Below, piece after piece: positions 43,298 through 55,200 of a DNA stretch of 64,000 nucleotides; within the stretch, counting starts at the first letter, position 1; every line of letters starts with the position of its first letter. Source of the DNA: Chrysemys picta bellii. Its lineage: Eukaryota. Position numbers and translations under genes: made by a program. Location of the stretch: the NCBI RefSeq assembly GCF_011386835.1, contig NC_088807.1, forward strand, positions 26,784,001-26,848,000. Direction: 5' to 3'. A model generated the notes under the pieces. It was not told the DNA's origin and did no database searches. It worked only from the letters and a program-made list of their open reading frames with translations.

Positions 43298-46200
43298 ATG
43301 GCCGCCCCACTGCTGCTCGGGGCCCTGGCTCTGCTGCTGCTGCTGCCGCCCCTGGCCCGGGCAGGGGCCCCCCCTCCGCCGCTCCCGGCCACCCGGGTAT
43401 CCTTTTCGGTGCCGGACGGGGGACTGACCCACCTGGCGGTGCACCGCGAGACGGGCGAGGTCTTTGCCGGCGCCGTAAACCGCGTCTACAAGCTGGCGGC
43501 CAATCTCAGCCAGCTGCGGGTGCACGGGACGGGGCCGGTGCCGGACGACGCCCGGTGCTACCCGCCGCCCGCCGTGCGGCTCTGCCAGCACCCGCTGGCC
43601 CCGGCCAACAACGTCAACAAGCTGCTGCTGCTGGACTACGCGGGCGGGCGGCTGGTGGCCTGCGGCAGCGTCTGGCAGGGCGTCTGCCAGCTGCTGCGCC
43701 TGGGCGACCTNNNNNNNNNNGATGAAAGGGATCGTTGAGCCTGCCTGGTGTGGGGTGGGGCTGAACCTCTGGGCTGGAGGGTAACAGGGGAGGGGGCGGC
43801 TGGGCAGGTGGGGGGAGACACCAATGCTGGTCTCCCCTCCCCCCACACCTCCTTGTGGGGCCCCCTTGCATGCTGCTGAACATGGGGGGCCAGTGCAGAG
43901 GTGCGGGGTTCGGGGGGTCGAGGGAAGTGGCTCAGGTGGGGCTGGGGACTCGGGGGGCTGGGGGCATCTCTCTCTCACAGCTCCCCCCCCAGGTGCGGGG
44001 TAGACGGCCCCCAGGACGCCCATCTGTACGAGTCCGGTGCCAGTGACCCCCGGGCAGCCCCTGCTGCGGGACATGGAGCTCAGCCCAGACCAGAGACACC
44101 TTTACCTGCTGAGCCGCGGAGAGGTGGGGCTGCGAGGGAGCTGGGGAAGAAGAGGGGGCAGCAGGCAGTGGGCCCCCTGGCTCCGGGGGGCTGAGGTTGG
44201 GGGAAAGGGGGGCAGGAGGAAGGGGGCCAAGGGGGCTGGGGCCTGAGGTGGAGGAGGGAAGATGGGCAGGCGATGTCGGGGGAGTATCTGGGAGGGGCTG
44301 CTATAGGGGAGGAGGTTTGGTCTATCACCCCAGACGCTAACCCCTCCCCTCCACAGGTCGTGCGGCTGCCGGTGGAGACCTGTGGCCAGTACCCGGCGTG
44401 TGACGCCTGCCTGGGCTCTGGGGACCCCCACTGCGGCTGGTGTGTCCTGCACAACCGGTGAGACACCCTTGAAGCCGGGAGAGAACCCAGGAGTCCTGGC
44501 TCCCAGCCCCCCCCTGCTCTAACCCACCAGCCCCCACTCCCCTCCCAGAGCCGGGGAGAGAACCCAGGAGTCCTGGCTCCCAGCCTAGCCAGGGTCCCTC
44601 CCCCGTGTGTGCTGGGGGGTCTCTGGCCTGTTGGAGGAATGTGGCTCCCCCCTCCCCGCAAGCTCCTGGCCAAGCCCCCCCCTTCCCTTATCGGAGTCCC
44701 AAGCACTTCATCCTATTAAACCCTGGCCCAGAGCAGTGGGGGGGGGGGCGCACAGCGGGGTGGGTGTGTGGAAAGTCTGGGGGTGGGGGGAGGAGACACC
44801 GAGGGTTGGGGAGGCGGTGACTGGAGCTGGCAGCTCTAACCTGGGAACATGTAATAAATTAGCAATCGCCCCCCAGCTTGGCCCTGTTCAGGGCCCCTCC
44901 CCCACCCCGTCTCAGTAGGGGGAGGAGATGGAGCAGCCCCCCGCCCTGTAACTCCCCCCAACCTCTGCCAGAATCTGACCTCCCGGCTCAATATAGACAC
45001 TCGAGGTGAGGCCCCCACAACCCCCCAGGCGGAGCAGAGCTCAGCCCCCCCCAACTCCCCCTGAGTTCTGCTGGTGCCCCTCACTCTCGACCTGCAGCCC
45101 CCTGCTAGCCCAGCTCTGCCCCCCCCGTCTGTGCCCCTCACTCCCGAACCCACAGCCCCCTGCTAGCCCAGCCCTGCCCCCTCATCTGTGCCCCTCACTC
45201 CCGACCCCCAGCCCCCTGCTAGCCCAGCCCTGCCCCCGTCTGTGCCCCTCACTCCCGACCCGCAGCCCCCTGCTAGCCCAGCCCTGCCCCCCCTCATCTG
45301 TGCCCCTCACTCCCGACCCGCAGATCCCTGCTAGCCCAGCCCTGCCCCCGTCTGTGCGCCTCACTCCCGACCCGCAGCCCCCCTGCTAGCCCAGGCCCTG
45401 CCCCCCGTCTGTGCCCCTCACTCCCGACCCACAGATCCCTGCTAGCCCAGCCCTGCCCCCCCGTCTGTGCACCTCACTCCCGAACCCACAGATCCCTGCT
45501 AGCCCAGCCCTGCCCCCCCCCCGTCTGTGCCCCTCACTCCCGAACCCACAGATCCCTGCTAGCCCAGCCCTGCCCCCTCATCTGTGCGCCTCACTCCCAA
45601 ACCCACAGCCTGCTGCTAGCCCAGCCCTGCCCCCCATCTGTGCCCCTCACTCCCGACCCACAGATCCCTGCTAGCCCAGCCCTGCCCCCCCGTCTGTGCA
45701 CCTCACTCCCGAACCCACAGATCCCTGCTAGCCCAGCCCTGCCCCCCCCCCGTCTGTGCCCCTCACTCCCGAACCCACAGATCCCTGCTAGCCCAGCCCT
45801 GCCCCCTCATCTGTGCGCCTCACTCCCAAACCCACAGCCCGCTGCTAGCCCAGCCCTGCCCCCCCGTCTGTGCACCTCACTCCTGAACGCACAGATCCCT
45901 GCTAGCCCAGCCCTGCCCCCCCGTCTGTGCGCCTCACTCCTGAACCCACAGATCCCTGCTAGCCCAGCCCTGGCCCCCTGTCTGTGCCCCTCACTCCCCG
46001 ACCCGCAGCCCCCCCCGGCAGGTGAGGGGCTCCTGGCACCGGAACTCCCCAGGATCCTGCACTAACGAGGCCTCTGGGGTTGGAAGCCACTGGCTGGGTA
46101 ATGAGCTCCCTGGGCTGCCCCTCCCCCAGCGCTGTGAGCTCCCCTGTGACATTGCCTGCCCGGCACAGCGAGTGGGGAGCAGACCTGGGGGTTCCCAGTC

Positions 46201-49200
46201 TGTGCCTGACCCCCCCCACCCACCCCCCCCAGGTGCTGCCGGGAGAGCGAGTGTCCGCGGGCGCTGGAGTTGCAGCGGTTCGCGGCCGTGCCGGGCCCCT
46301 GCCCCCGGTTGCTCGTGGAGCCCAATAACATCTCAGTCACCTCGACCAGCGTCCTGGTGAGTGCGGGGCCGGGCACCTCGGGCCTGCTTGGGAGATGGGG
46401 GGATAGAGGTGAACAGCCCCCCCGTGTCTCTGGGGAGGGAGGGGATGGTACCCCGACACCCATCACTAACCACCATATCTGGGGGGGACCATGCCCCCCA
46501 TCTCCAACCCCCCAACTCTGGGGGGAACCCATCCCACATCTCTAACCCCTTCTCTGGGGGGACTACACCCCACATCTCCAACCCCCCAACTCTGGGGGGA
46601 CTACGCCCCACATCTCCAACCCCCCATCTCTGGGGGGATCCTGCCCCCTGTCTCTAGGCCCCTGGGGGGACCCCGGCCCCCCGGCTCTAACCCTGTCTCT
46701 CTGGGGCTCTAGCTGCAGCTGACCGTGCAGAACCTCCCGGACCTGGGGCCCGGCGTGACCTGCTCCTTCGAGGGCCTGGGGCAGAGCAAGGCCGAGGTGC
46801 TACCCGGGGGCCTCATCCGCTGCCAGTCACCCACCCCCAGGGAGCTGCCCCCCGGTACTGGCCCCCATGGTGAGTGTGGGGGGGTGGGCAGGAGAGTGCA
46901 AAGGGCAAAGGTCAGGGCCAGGGTGACAGGGGAGGGCAGAGGGCAAAGGTCAGGAACACATTTGGGGGTAGGGGTCATAGACCGGGGGTGTGTGTGTCTC
47001 CCTACTGGGGGGGTTCAGCCCTGCCCCCCATGACGCTGTCCCCCTGGCCCCCACAGGTGACGCTCGCTCCGTGCGGCTTCAGCTTCGCTCGCTTGAGACC
47101 ATGATGGACTTTGCTGGCGCTGACTTCGTCTTCTACAACTGCAGCCTCCTCCCGTCGTGAGTCCCCCCCGCTGGCACCCCTCACTCCCAGCCCGCAGCCC
47201 CTGGCCCCGCCGGTGCCCCTCACTCCCAGCCCGCAGCCCCCGGCCCCGCCGGCGCCCCTCACTCCTGACCCGCAGCCCCCAGCCCTGCCCCTCACTCCCG
47301 ACCCGCAGCCCCCGGCCCCGCCGGCGCCCCTCACTCCTGACCCGCAGCCCCCGGCCCCGCCCCTTACTCCCGACCTGCAGCCCCCGGCCCCGCTGGCACC
47401 CCTCACTCCCAGCCCGCAGCCCCCGGCCCCACCGGCGCCACTCACTCCCGATCCGCAGCCCCCAGCCCTGCCCCTCACTCCCGACCCGCAGCCCCTGGCC
47501 CCGCCGGCGCCCCTCACTCCCAGCCCGCAGCCCCCGGCCCCGCTGGCACCCCTCACTCCCAGCCCGCAGCCCCTGGCCCCGCCGGCGCCCCTCACTCCTG
47601 ACCCGCAGCCCCCAGCCCTGCCCCTCACTCCCGACCCACAGCCCCCAGCCCTGCCCCTCACTCCCAGCCCGCAGCGCCCGGCCCCGCCGGCGCCCCTCAC
47701 TCCCAGCCCGCAGCCCCCGGCCCCGCCGGCGCCCCTCACTCCCGACCCGCAGCCCCCGGCCCCACCGGCGCCTCTCACTCCCGACCCGCAGCCCCCAGCC
47801 CTGCCCCTCACTCCCAGCCCGCAGCCCCCGGCCCCGCCGGTGCCCCTCACTCCTGACCCGCAGCCCCCGGCCCCGCCGGCGCCCCTCACTCCCGACCCGC
47901 AGCCCCCAGCCCTGCCCCTCACTCCTGACCCGCAGCCCCCGTCTCCGCCGGCGCCCCTCACTCCCGACCCGCAGCCCCCGGCCCTGCCCCTCACTCCCGA
48001 CCCGCAGCCCCCGGCCCCGCTGGCGCCCCTCACTCCCAGCCCTGCCCCTCACTCCCAACCCGCAGCCCCCGGCCCTGCCCCTTACTCCCGACCCGCAGCC
48101 CCCTCGCACTCAGGGGGCTCTCTCTGTGTCTCTCGCTCGGTGGGGGGCAGATGGCTCCTTGCTGGGGCCCAGGTAATAGAATCCCCTCCCCCCTTTCCCC
48201 CATGTAAACACCAGGGGGCGGGGGAGGGGCAGTGGTGCCAGCATTGTCCCTGGCCGCAGGGGAACAATGGGTCTGGGAAGGGGTGGGGGGGGCTCTGACA
48301 TCTGGGGCATGGGGGTCAGTCGGGTGGGGGAGGGAGAGATTCACCCCCCCATTAACCCTTTGCTGCCCTCCCCAGGTGTCTGTCCTGCGTGAGGAGCCAG
48401 TTCGCCTGCCAGTGGTGCAAATATCGGCACGTCTGCACCCATGATCCCCGGGAGTGCGCTTTTGCCGAGGGGCGGGTCAGCACCGCTGAGGTGGGTCCCT
48501 GTGTAACCAGCCCCCTGCCCCACCCCAGAGCCAGACACATCTCGGCACTGGGCGAGGGGTCCCTGGATAACCGTCTGCCGGCCCCACCCCATAGGGGCCA
48601 TGTCCTGGCACCAGGCAAGGGGGCCCTGGTAACAGCCCCTGCTCCACCCCAGAGCCAGCTGCATATCTGCGCTTTGAGCTGGATCCCAGCTGTGGAGGGG
48701 GAGGGGTGGCAGATGTCAGACCATGCGGCTGGCTGCCCCTAATGGAGTGTAATTGGCTGTGGCAGGATCGATGGGGCGGGGGGACCCCGGCTGGATCGAT
48801 GCGCCAGGCGATGCCCTGTGGTCGGGATAATTGATAGTGCCGGGGCTGCGGTTTGGAGTAGCGGCCGCAGACAACGCCCAGGGCCAGGCAATGGGGCCCT
48901 GGGGACTGGGGGGAGGGGAAACTAGCTGTCGCTGCCCCCCTCATGCTTCCCCCCCCCCAGTCAGGAGTCTCTGAGCCACTTCCCTATAATCAGCATCTGA
49001 CAAGGGGGGAGCCCAAGGCCGGGCTAGCAGGGGCTGCGGGTCGGGAGTGAGGGGCATCGGCAGGGCTGGGGCGGGTGCAGGGGTGGGAGGAAATGGCTCT
49101 GGGGACTCCTTTCCTTTATTGCCAATGTCCCCTCCACAAAAAAAGAGCAGCCCCTCCCCCACCAAGTAACAATTAAGCAGCCGCGGTTGCCATGGCAGCT

Positions 49201-52200
49201 CCCAGAGATCCAGGATCCTGCATCTCCAGCTCCATCCCCTGGCGCTGGGGGGGCCTGGGAGCCCGGACTCCTGGGTTCTCCCGGCTCTCCCCAGGCGAGG
49301 CCCCCATGACTCTGTCTCCCCAGGGCTGCCCGGAGCTGCTGCCGGCGGGCGAGATCCTGATCCCGGTGGGGGTGCTGCAGCCGATCACGCTCCGGGCCAA
49401 GAACCTGCCACAGCCGCAGTCGGGCCAGAAGAACTACGAGTGCGTCTTTGCCGTGCAGGGGCGGCGCCAGCGGGTCCCAGCCGTGCGCTTCAACTCCAGC
49501 AGCGTGCAGTGTCAGAACACCTCGGTGAGCCCCCCGGCCTGAACCCCCTGCCCCCCCGCTAGGCCCCTGGCCTGGACCCCCTGCCCCCTGCCAGCCCCCC
49601 AGCCTGGACCCACTGCCCCCCCGCTAGGCCCCCAAGAACCCCCGGCCTGGACCCCCCTGCCCCCCCACTAGCCCCCTGGCCTGGACCCCCGCCCCCCCGC
49701 TAGGCCCCCAAGAACCCCCGGCCTGGACCCCCCTGCCCCTCCGCCAGCCCCCCGGCCTGGACCCCCTGCCTCCCCGCTAGGCCCCCAAGAACCCCCGGCC
49801 TGGACCCCCCTGCCCCTCCGCCAGCCCCCCGGCCTGGACCCCGCCAGCCCAGCTCCCTTTGCTCCCCAGCCACATGCGGAGCCAGAGCACCGTGGTGACA
49901 CCCCCTGCACCTCCCCCCCTCCCCCTTCTGAGCACCCATTTGTGTGTGTGTGTGTGGGGGGGGTCAGCCTGTGTGTCCTGGCCCCGGCGATGGGGGAGGG
50001 GCATTCAAGCTGGGTTCAGCCAGACCCCTGGGAGGGTGGGAGAAAGCTGGCTGGCTGGGAGGGGGAAGGGCGGCTGGGAGGTCTCTAACCCCATGGGCTC
50101 TGTGCCAGGGCCCAGTGCCAGACACCCCCTCCCCTCCCCCCAGCCATCAGCTCCCCGCTGGCTGCAGGCCCACAGCCAGGACGTGCTGGGGTTAAGGAAC
50201 CGCTTGTAAATGTCTGAGCTGGGCTGCAGGTCGGGGCTGGGGGCGGGCAGGGGCTGCGGGTTGGGAGTGAGGGGCACCGGCAGGGCTGGGGGGGGGCAGG
50301 ATGTGTTTGATGTTTCACCCCTTGTAGGGGGGATGCTCTGTTGCTAGGCGACATGACAGTTGCCATCTCTGTTGCTAGGAGATGCCTTGGTACCTCCTTT
50401 TAACCCTTTGTGGTTCTGTTGTTCTGTCCCTGCTCAGCCCCAGGGTTGGGGGGTGAGGCTGCTCCCCTGTGGCTCTCCATGCACCTCACCTCCCTGTCTA
50501 TACCTCACCCCCTCCACTGCCCTGCTCTGACCCCCCGTTCTCTCCCTAGTACTGGTACGAGGGCGACGCAGTTGGGGAGCTGCCTGTGGACTTCTCCGTC
50601 GTCTGGGACAGCGACTTCCCCATCGACCAGCCCCCCGGCTTCAAAGGTCCAGGGGGCTGCGCCCTGAGGGGGCAGGGGGGGCTGGGTAATGGGGAAGGGG
50701 GTGGGGAGGGCAGTGCCCGGGGGAGGGGTGTTGGGGGCTGGGGGGCAGGGGGAGTGTCACGGGGAAGGGTGTGTGGAGGGCAGGGGGTGGGGGTGGGGGT
50801 GGGGGGCAGGAGGGCTGCCTGTCTCTGACCCCTCCCTCTCCCCCCAGCCCTGCTATACAAGTGCCCAGCCCAGCGCCCCAGCTGTGGGCTCTGTCTCCGC
50901 TCTGACCCACGCTATGAGTGTGGCTGGTGCCTGGCCGAGCGACGCTGCCTCCTGCGCGCCCAATGCCCAGCCCCCAAACTCAACTGGGTGCCCCCCGGCC
51001 GGCGCGGGGCTCGCTGCAGCCACCCTCGCATCACCCAGGTAACCCCACACACACATCGCCTGGGTAACGCCTCCCCCCTCGTTACTCAGGTAACTGCCCC
51101 CTAACCGCAGCATCCCAGTAACAGCCCCCTCCCCGGGGCTCCAAGGTAACAGCCCCCCCACAGCGCCCTGGTAATGGGGGCCCCCCAGACCAGCCAGCCC
51201 TATGCACCCACCCCACTGGAACCCACTCCCCAACTGCGGCCAGGCCCCATCTCTGCTGTGGACACCCCCCAGCTCTGCCCCCTCACCTGGGGGGGGGTTG
51301 TGTGGTTTGGGGGCCCGGGCGGAGGCGGGGGGTCTTTGCCCCACTGACTCCCCTGGGCTCCCCCAGGTGGTGCCGGTGGCGGGGCCCAAGGAGGGCGGCA
51401 CGCGGGTGACGGTCGAGGGTGAGAACCTGGGGCTGCAGTTTCACGAGGTCGCGGTGCGTGTGGCCGGCGTGCGCTGCAACTCGCTGCCCAGCCAGTACGT
51501 CCCCGCCCAGAGGTGAGCGGGGCAGTGCGGAGAGGGGGAGGAGGGGGATGTCAGGTGGGGTCGGGCGGGGGGAGCTGGGACGCAGGGGGGGTCGGGGGGA
51601 TGTGTTTGATCGGGCGGGAGCTGGGGGGGCAGGCGGGGGGAGCTGGGACGCAGGGGAGGTCGGGGGGACATGTTTGATCGGGCGGGAGCTGGGGGGGTCG
51701 GGCGGGCAGAGGTGGGATGCAGGGGGGATGTGTTTGATCGGGCGGGAGCTGGGGGGGTCGGGCGGGCGGAGGTGGGATGCAGGGGGGATGTGTTTGATCA
51801 GGCGGGAGCTGGGGGGTCGGGCGGGGGGAGCTGGGACGCAGGGGAGTTCGGGGGGACGTGTTTGATCGGACGGGAGCTGGGACGCAAGGGGGGTCGGGCG
51901 GGGACGTGTTTGATTGGGTGGGAGCTGGGGGGGTCGGGTGGGGGAAGCTGGGACGCAGGGGGGATCGGGGGGACATGTTTGATCGGTCGGGAGCTGCGGG
52001 GGTCGGGCAGGGGAGCTGGGACGCAGGGGGGGTCGGGGGGACGTGTTTGATAGGGCGGAAGCTGGGGGGGTCGGGCTGGAGAGCTGGGACGCAGGGGGGA
52101 TCGGGGGGGACAGATTCGGGCAGGAGCTTGGGGGTCGGGCGGGGGGAGTTGGGACGCAGGAGGGGTCAGGGGGGACGTGTTTGGGCAGCAGCTGGGGGGT

Positions 52201-55200
52201 CGGGCGGGGGGAGCCGGGATGCAGGGGGGGTCGGGGACACATGTTTGATCGGGCTAGAGCTGGGGGGGTCGGGCGGGGGGGAGCTGGGACGCAGGGGGGG
52301 GTCGGGGGGACGTGTTTGATCGGGCGGGAGCTGGGGGGGTTGGGCGGGGGACTGGTACATGGGAGCTGGGGAGGCAGGAGCCAGGGGGCTGACCCCCGTG
52401 TCCCCCCCAGGCTGGTGTGCGAGATGGAGGAGTCGCTGGTGCCCGATCCCCCGCCCGGCCCCGTGGAGATCTGTGTGGGCGACTGTGGTACCGACTACCG
52501 GGCCCACTCCCCGAACCCCTTCACCTTCGTGGTACTGGGGCAGGGCCTCCCTGAGAGAGGGAATTCTGGGGGGGATGGGGCATGGGGGGCTGTGGGGGCT
52601 GTCGGTGGCCCATGGGAGTCTGTGGGGGGAGGGGGTAGCTGCGGGTCATGTGGGGCTGTGGGGGGCTGGGGGTGGCTTATGGGGGTCTGTGGGGGGAGGG
52701 AATGGCTGTGGGTCATGGGGAGTTGTGGGGGGTGGGAGGGGCTGGGGGTGGCCCATGGGGGTCTGTGGGGGGAGGGGGTAGCTGCAGGTCATGGGGGTTT
52801 GTGGGGGGAGGGAGGGGCTGTCGGTGGCCCATGGGAGTCTGTGGGGGGAGGGGGTAGCTGCGGGTCATGTGGGGCTGTGGGGGGCTGGGGGTGGCTTATG
52901 GGGGTCTGTGGGGGGAGGGAATGGCTGTGGGTCATGGGGAGTTGTGGGGGGTGGGAGGGGCTGGGGGTGGCCCATGGGGGTCTGTGGGGGGAGGGGGTAG
53001 CTGCAGGTCATGGGGGTTTGTGGGGGGAGGGAGGGGCTGGGGGTGGCCCATGGGAGTATGTGGGGGGAGGGGGTAGCTGTGGGTCATGTGGGTCTGTGGG
53101 GGCTGGGGGTGGCCTATGGGGGTCTGTGGGGGGAGCAGGGTAGCTGCGGGTCATGGAGAGTTGTGGGGGGTGGGAGGGGCTGGGGGTGGCCCATGGGGGG
53201 CTGTGGGGGGCGGGAGGGGAGGGGAGGGGGGCTCTGTGTGCATTTACCCCCATAACTGCTGTCTCCCGCCCCAGACCCCCAGGCTGCGGGGACTGAACCC
53301 TGGGGGAGGGCCGGTGTCAGGGGGGACCCGCGTCACCCTCACTGGGACCCATCTGGACGCCGGCAGCAGCGTCAACATCTCATTGCAGGGGGCACCCTGC
53401 CAGCTGCTCAGGTACTGGGGGGGCCAGGGGTGGGGGGGGTGGGGAGGATATGGATGAGGGGATGGGGGGAGCAGAGAGATGGGGGTGGGGGGGTATGGAT
53501 GAGGGGGTGGGGGGAGCAGAGAGATGGGGCGGGTTGGGTGTGGCGGGGGATGTTGGGAGGGGGGTGGGTAGGTCAGGGCTCACTGGGGAGATGTGAGGCA
53601 GTGGGGAATTTGTGGGGGTCTCTCACTTTCCCTTTACCGGTAGGAGGGGGCCTGAGGAAATCGTCTGCATGACCCCCCCGTCCACGCTGGGCCCTGGTCC
53701 GGCCCCCCTCAGTGTCTGCATCGACCGTGCCAGCCTGGCCCCCCCTGAGCCTCCCAATGGCACCGCCAGCCCCCCCATCCTGATCTTCCGCTATACCCCC
53801 GATCCGGTGGTGACCCACATCGAGCCCCAATGGAGCATCGTCAAGTAAGAGACCCCCACTGCCCCCCCTCCTGTGCCCCATCCCCCTCACCCCCACACAG
53901 CCCCCTGCTGACCCCCCCAGCTGCGCCCACCTGCCCCCCTGTGCCCCATCCCCCTCCACATCCCCATACTCCCAGCCCCCACACCCCTGCCAACCCCCCC
54001 GCCCGGTGCCTCCCTGCACCCCGTCCCCCTCCCCACACTCCCGGCCTGCTGTGAAATAGGTTCACATAGCCCGTGGCCAGCGGGGTGCACCACACGTGGG
54101 GCCAGGGGGCTCCGTTCGGTCCCGGTTTTGGTCCCAGTTCTGGTCCTGGGCCGTCGCCTCAGGCCATGTTGTTCCATTCACCCCACACTCGGGCTCTGCT
54201 CCCCACGGGGCCCTGCTCAGCCAGGGGGACGAGCTGCAGAACCTGCCCGCCGGCGCAGACCAGTCCCCCTGTCACAGGGTCCCCGGGCGATGCTCTGGAC
54301 CTGCTCCCTACGCAGCCAGCCAGGACTCTGGGGGAGTCTCCTCTCTCGGAGCAGACTGTCTCCAGAGTGAGAAGCTCACACGGCTTCACCTCCTGGGTCT
54401 CTCCTCGGAGCATTCAGCATATGCCCCTCCGTGCGCCCCCACAGCGAGTTGCCCGGGCGGGGTCCTGAGACGGCCAGGGGGTCCTACCCCCCCACTCCGC
54501 AGTCAGTTGTGACTCTCAGCCCGCCGGGGACACAGAGGTTTATTAGATGACAGGAACAGGCTAAACCAGAGCTTGTAGGGACAGACAACAGGACCCCTCA
54601 GTCAGGTCCATCTTGGGGGGCAGGGAGCTTAGACCCCAGCCCTGGGGCTCCCTCCCCTTCCCCAGTCAGCTCCAAACTGAAACTCTCCAGCCCCCCCGAC
54701 CCCTCCTCTGGCCTTTGTCCCCTCCTGATCCCTTTGTTCTCCAGCACCTTCAGCTGGCACCTTGCGGGGGGGGCCCAGGAGACAGGCCCCCAGGGCTCTG
54801 CACCAATCCCACCCCCTGATCCCACCAGCTAGATTAAGAACTGCATAGGGGAAACTGAGGCACCCACACAGTATTCAGAGAAACCATTACGAACAGTCCC
54901 ACTTCGTCTCAGCCCCGCAGCCTCCGACCCCAGCCTGGCTGGGACCCGGCGTTTGGCCTGGGATGAGCATCCCAGTGCTGGCACTGAGCCGGGCTGGGCG
55001 GGGTCCCCGGCATCCGAGCAGGGCGCAGGGTAGCCGTGGGGGGGCAGGGCAGAGGGTAGCTGTGGCGCGGGGGAAGGACATGGCCAAAGGGCCACCCCCC
55101 CATGCCAGCCCTCACCCCCCACCAAGCTGCGTCCCCCTGGGGGGCTGACATCTCCCCCCCCTCCAGCGGCAGCACCAGCCTGACAGTGACTGGGACCCGC

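Noticed and set aside
47002-48298. 340-395-aa ORFs on both strands
   Set aside because: Translations of the intron 9 minisatellite.
54040-54920. Target-site duplication for the putative solo LTR
   Set aside because: The flanks (CCTGC / GCCCC) do not match, so confidence in the LTR call was lowered.
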